The translations under genes and the position numbers were made by a program. Below, piece by piece: positions 58,949-64,000 of a stretch of DNA of 64,000 nt. Each line of letters opens with the position of its first letter. The stretch's first letter is position 1. Where the stretch lies: positions 21,632,001-21,696,000 of the forward strand of contig CP068257.2 of NCBI GenBank assembly GCA_009914755.4, written 5' to 3'. The notes under the pieces were generated by a model. That model searched no databases, had not been told where the DNA came from, and was given only the letters and a program-made list of their open reading frames with translations. The DNA comes from the human T2T-CHM13v2.0 reference genome, Homo sapiens.

Positions 58949-61386
58949 TGATATGGTTTGTCTCTGTGTCCCCACACAAATCTCATGTTGAATTGTGATC
59001 CTGAGTGTTGGAAGAGAGGCCTGGTGGGAGGTGATTGAATCTTGGGGGTGGTTTCTAATGGTTTAGTGCCAATCCCCTAGTGCTGTTTCATAATAGAGTT
59101 CTCATGAGATCTAGTTGTTTAAATGTGTGTAGTGCTTCGTCTTCACTCTCTCTCTCTCCTGCTCTACCATGTGAAGATTGTGCCTGCTTCTCCTCTGCTT
59201 TCTGCCATGACTGTAAGTTTCCTGAAGCCTTCCCAGCCATGCCTCCCACCTGTGGAACTGTAAGTAAATTAAACCCTTTTTTCTTTATAAATTCCTAGTC
59301 TCAGGTAGTTCTTTATAGCAGTGTGAGAATGGACTAATGCAGAACATTGGTACCGGAGAAGTGGGCCATTGCTATGAAGATACCTGAAAATGTGGAAGCA
59401 ACGTTGGAACTGGGTAATGGGCTGAGTCTGGAACAGTTTGGAGGGATCAGAAGAAGACAGGAAGATGAGGGAAAGTTTGCAACTTCTAGAGACTTGTTGA
59501 ATGGCTGTGACCAAATTGCTGATAGCGATACGAACAGTGAAGTCCAGGCTGAGGTGGTCTCATATGGAAACAAGAAACTTATTGGGAACTGGAGTAAAGG
59601 TTACTTTTGCTGTGCTTTAGCAAAGAGACTGGTGGCATTGTGCCCATGCTCTAAAGATCTGTGGAACTTTGAACTAGAGAGAGATAATTTAGGGTATCTG
59701 GCAGAAGAAATTTCCAAGCAACAAAGTTTTCAGGAGGCTGCCTGGCTGCTTCTAACAGTGTGTACTCATATGCATTTGCAAAGAGAGTTTCTGAAACTGG
59801 AAATTATACTTAAAAGGGAAGCAGAGCATAAAAGCTTACAAATTTGCAGCCTGATCATGTGGTAGAAAAGGAAATCCTATTTTCAGGGGAGCAATTAAAA
59901 CTGGCAGAAAAAATTTGCAAAAGTAAAGAGGAACTGAATGTTAATAGCAAGACAATGGGGAAAATGCCTCCAAAGCATTTCAGAGACCTTCCTGGCAGCC
60001 CCTCCCATCACAGGCCTAAAGGACTAGGAGAGAAAAATGGTTTTGTGGGGGCAGGCCCAGGGCCCTGCTGCTCTGTGCATCCTCAGGACATGGCACCTTG
60101 CATTCCGGTGACTCCATCTCTAGCCATGCCTTAGCTTGAGCCAAGGTACAGCTCAGGCTGTTGCTTCAGGGGTGCATACCCTAAGACTTGGTGGCTTCCA
60201 TGTGGTGTTGGGCCTGCAGGTGCACAGAATGCAAGAGTTGAGGTTTGGGAGCCTCTGCCTAGATTTCAGAGTTTGTATGGAAATACCTGAATGTCAAAGC
60301 AGAAGTCTGCTACAGGAGAAAAGCCATCATGAAGAATCTCTACCTGGGCAGTAAAAAGGGGAAATATGGGACCGTAGCCCCCACACAGAGTCCCACTAGG
60401 GCACTGCCTAGTGGAGCTGTGCAAAGAGGACCACCATACTGTAGACTCCAGAATGGTAGATCCACTGACAGCTTGCACCATACTCCTGGAAAAACCACAG
60501 ACACTCAATGCCAGCCTCTGAGAGCTGCCATGGTGGCTGTACCCTACAGAGCCGCTGGGGCAGGGCTGCCCAAGGTCTTGGGAGCCCACCTCTTCCATCC
60601 TTCCATCATCGTGGCCTGCATGTGAGACATGGAGTCAAAGGAGGTTATTCTGGAGCTTTAAAATTTAATGACTGCCCTGCTGGGTTTCGGACTTGCATGG
60701 GGCCTGTGACCCCTTTGGTTTGGCCAACGTCTCCCTTGTGGAATGGGAGTATTTACCCAATGCCTGTATCTCCATTTTGTCTTGGAAGTAACTAAGTTGT
60801 TTTTTATTTTATAGGCTCATAGGTGCAAGGGTCTTGCCTTGTCTCAGATGAGACTTTGGACTGTGGACCTTTGAGGTACTACTGGAATGACTGAAGACAA
60901 TGGGGGATGGTTTGGAAAATGTGCTTGTGTTTTGAGATGTGAGGTGAACATGAGATTTGTGAGGGCCCAAAGGTGGAATGATATGGTTTGACTCTGTGTC
61001 CCCACCCACATCTCACGCTGAATTATGATTCTGAGTGTTGGAATCGGGGCCTGGTGGGAGGCGATGGATCAGGTGTGTGGTTTCTAATGGTTTAGCACCT
61101 TCCCACTAGTGCTGCCTTCTAACAGAGTTCTCACAAGATCTGGTTATTTCAAGCATATAGTACTTTACTCTTCTCTCTCTCTCTCTGTCTTTCTCTCTTT
61201 TCTCTGCCATGCGAAGATTGTGCTTGCTTTTCCTTTGCCTTCTGTCATGATTGTAAGTTTTCTGGGGCCTCCCCAGCCATGCTTTTTATATAGCCTGCAG
61301 AACCATGAACCAATTAATCTTCTTTTCTTTATAAATTACCAAGTCTCAGGTAGTTATTTATAGCAATATGAGAACGGACTAATACA
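58949..61386 (+). mobile_element. LTR-internal-LTR MaLR retroelement (MST-type): 5' LTR 58949-59342, internal 59343-60978, 3' LTR 60979-61386, with perfect 5-bp TSD 'gaggg'
   Basis: Both LTRs start 'tgatatggtttg.ctctgtgtcccca', carry the (CT)n tract typical of MST LTRs, and end 'ggactaat(g/a)ca'. 'gaggg' is present at 58944-58948 and 61387-61391. The internal region matches the MaLR internal consensus. The 172-aa ORF at 59347-59865 lies in this non-coding internal region. Confidence 0.85.
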
Positions 61387-62251
61387 GAGGGCTTAACTGA
61401 AGTTCAAGTAAGAAGTTAACTGCATGTTAAGAGAAGCAATGAGGAAACTCCAGCCATCAGGGTTGAGAAGAAAAAGTGAGGTGAGGGAATGAGGGCTACC
61501 AGCCATGTGGTGAGTTCCAGAAGTATGGCTGCTGTGGAAAAGACAAAGACCTAGAGAAACTTAATTTTTAAATTATGGAATGTAAAAGTAAAACAGAAGC
61601 TTGAATTCTTAAATTTCAGAATTTTCTTAAATTCTGAAAAGAAGCTTAAATTCTAAAAGAAGTCTCTAAGGCCAAATTACGAAAAACAGATAGTGAAGGT
61701 ATTAAAAGAAAAAGAAATTTATAAGAAATTGGTTATCCATGAGCCCACGGGACTCAGAGAAGTCCAGGACCACCAATCCCATAGTAACAAGGAGATAGGG
61801 ATAACAAATAACTTGTATCTTTACATATCTGTAGGTATTTTAAGTGAAAAAATGGGACATTATTTTGCAAACAATTCACATGTAAATAACATTGCTATGC
61901 ATGTAAATTATATAGATGTTATTATATTTTTATTATTATGGGTAGCACTATAACATCTTGTATTGTTAGGTACACTTTGTAATTCTTACTGGGAAATAAC
62001 CAATTTAGAGAATGAGTTATTTTTCTGGAGTCTGAATAGTGAAAGAAAATTTGATGCAATGTGTTGGATCACGTCCAAAGCTAGATATCAATAAATTTTA
62101 TCATAGATTTTGCCCTTGCATTGGATAATTCAGTTTTCTTATTTCTGAAATGCATAAACTAACCCCACCTTTATTAGGTGCATATAATCCTATGTAAATC
62201 AAACAAGATTAAGAAGACTTGTAATTCTGCATTCAAAAGTTAAAAGTATCT

Positions 62252-62568
<317 letters not shown>

Positions 62569-64000
62569 TCAAAATCTATTTTTATTGTTCCATAATGAAA
62601 ATAAAATGAATTTTCAAAAAATTTGGTCATAAACTTTTCACAATATAATACTAGCTATATTCATTCTGTATTTCCTTTACAATAGAAAACTTTCTCTGGG
62701 ATATGGATACCTGACACTTTTTTGTTGAGCATCAACATGAGTTTTTCTAACCACAGATTTCTAGATACATACCTGATACCCTGAACTTCACAAGAAATCG
62801 GCAATCATTAATGATCCAGCTAAAGTAAGTGACTAAATTCCTATGGGAAAATATAACTTTTTTAAAAATTAAATTTAGTTAGCTGAAAAATGTCAAGCAC
62901 AATTAAAATTGACATTTTATTTTATTGAGTATCATATATTTTAATGAGCTTGGGTCCTAAAATGGTTTTATCAACTCCTCTAGTTCTTTAATTCTGGCAT
63001 TCACATTTATCTAGAACACAAATCAACAAGCATGATCAAAACAAAACAAAACTCTGCACTTGTTACTCAGATCAGCTAAACAAATATGGTAAAGTAATCG
63101 ATTTGAGATTTGCAAAAACTAAGTTCTTTGAGGTAGGTAAAATTTTAAATCTATTTACTAAAAGGATCATGTGTGGAGAATAATCTAATATATTTTGTTT
63201 TTTCTAAACATCTTCTATTATTTTTATTATTACTATAATTATATTTTAGTTTGGCACGCCCTGACCTCCTTGCTGTCAACCACAGAAACCAAATATTAAA
63301 TGCAACCTATTACCCTAAATAGGCAACCTAATATTATTATTATTATTATTACCATGATTATATTTTAGTTTAGCATTCCCTGGCCTCCTTGCTGTCAACC
63401 ACAGAAACTAAATATTAAACTCAACCTATTACCCTAAATGGACAGCCTATTATACCTAAATACAGCCTAAATTACCTCTACATGCTTTTGAAGAGTCCAT
63501 AACGTTGCTAGTTGTTATCTTTAATATCTTAACAACAAAATAGTGAAGATAAAAATCTCAATGAATGTTCTTCATTTCACCCTCACCTGCTTTTGCTGGG
63601 ACCTGGTTGTCCCCAGTTCCTCACTTCCATAATTTTTACATTTGTGTCAGCTATTCCTTTATTTTAAAGAGTATACTCAGGATTCATCCTTAAGAAAACA
63701 CATCATTTCCCAAGCTCACATCTTCTGGTAAAGATACAGATCTACCTCTCATTTTCCCTTTTAGACTCTGCAGGTCTCTACAGTCATGGCTTTAAGGATT
63801 ATCAAAGCCTCCTAATAATCACATCCTATATTCTAAACACTGATATTCCTCTAATGTCCTGTGCCATTAATCACATTATACAGCCCCTTCCATTTTATCC
63901 TCAGAACAGGGTTTCAGATAACCTAGATTCTCCTTTCTGACTCTTGTACTATCTAATCATAAGTCTCAGGACATATCAGTTAGTGATTTTTGTCTTCAAT

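Noticed and set aside
59347-59865. 172-aa ORF, and similar 101-126 aa ORFs at 12408-13335
   Set aside because: They lie inside the internal regions of the two MaLR (THE1/MST) elements. MaLR internal sequence is non-autonomous and non-coding, and these are chance open frames shared by the repeat consensus.

Overview
This 64-kb window is primate, almost certainly human, nuclear genomic DNA and not a prokaryotic locus. I saw no operons, no ribosome-binding-site architecture and no long ORFs. It is AT-rich (roughly 60-65% A+T) and densely populated with primate-specific interspersed repeats. There are at least 13 Alu SINEs in both orientations, several with intact target-site duplications and pure poly-A/T tails. 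There are several L1 LINE fragments (old L1M-type and younger L1PA-type 3' ends), two LTR-internal-LTR MaLR elements of the THE1/MST class, two solo THE1-type LTRs and two MLT-type LTRs. There are at least three fossil non-autonomous DNA transposons, one with a perfect 8-bp TSD. Compound tetranucleotide microsatellites and a large composite TG/TA minisatellite are also present. No protein-coding gene or exon can be supported: the longest six-frame ORFs (up to 193 aa) lie entirely inside microsatellites or inside Alu/MaLR sequence and are artefacts. I therefore do not find an undescribed biological system; the window looks like an intergenic, gene-poor, repeat-rich segment. What deserves a second look is structural. 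An L1 3' end abuts an antisense 52-nt copy of the 5' end of U2 snRNA. A 25-bp perfect direct repeat sits 1.13 kb from its twin, next to a ~290-bp diverged duplication. Two Alus share many private substitutions. A 23-bp perfect inverted repeat brackets a transposon fossil plus microsatellites. A 1.1-kb GC-rich, CpG-depleted island is probably a solo ERV LTR. Several young-looking Alu insertions and STRs are likely polymorphic. All coordinates are approximate (±5-10 bp) because boundaries were read by eye against repeat consensus sequences recalled from memory.
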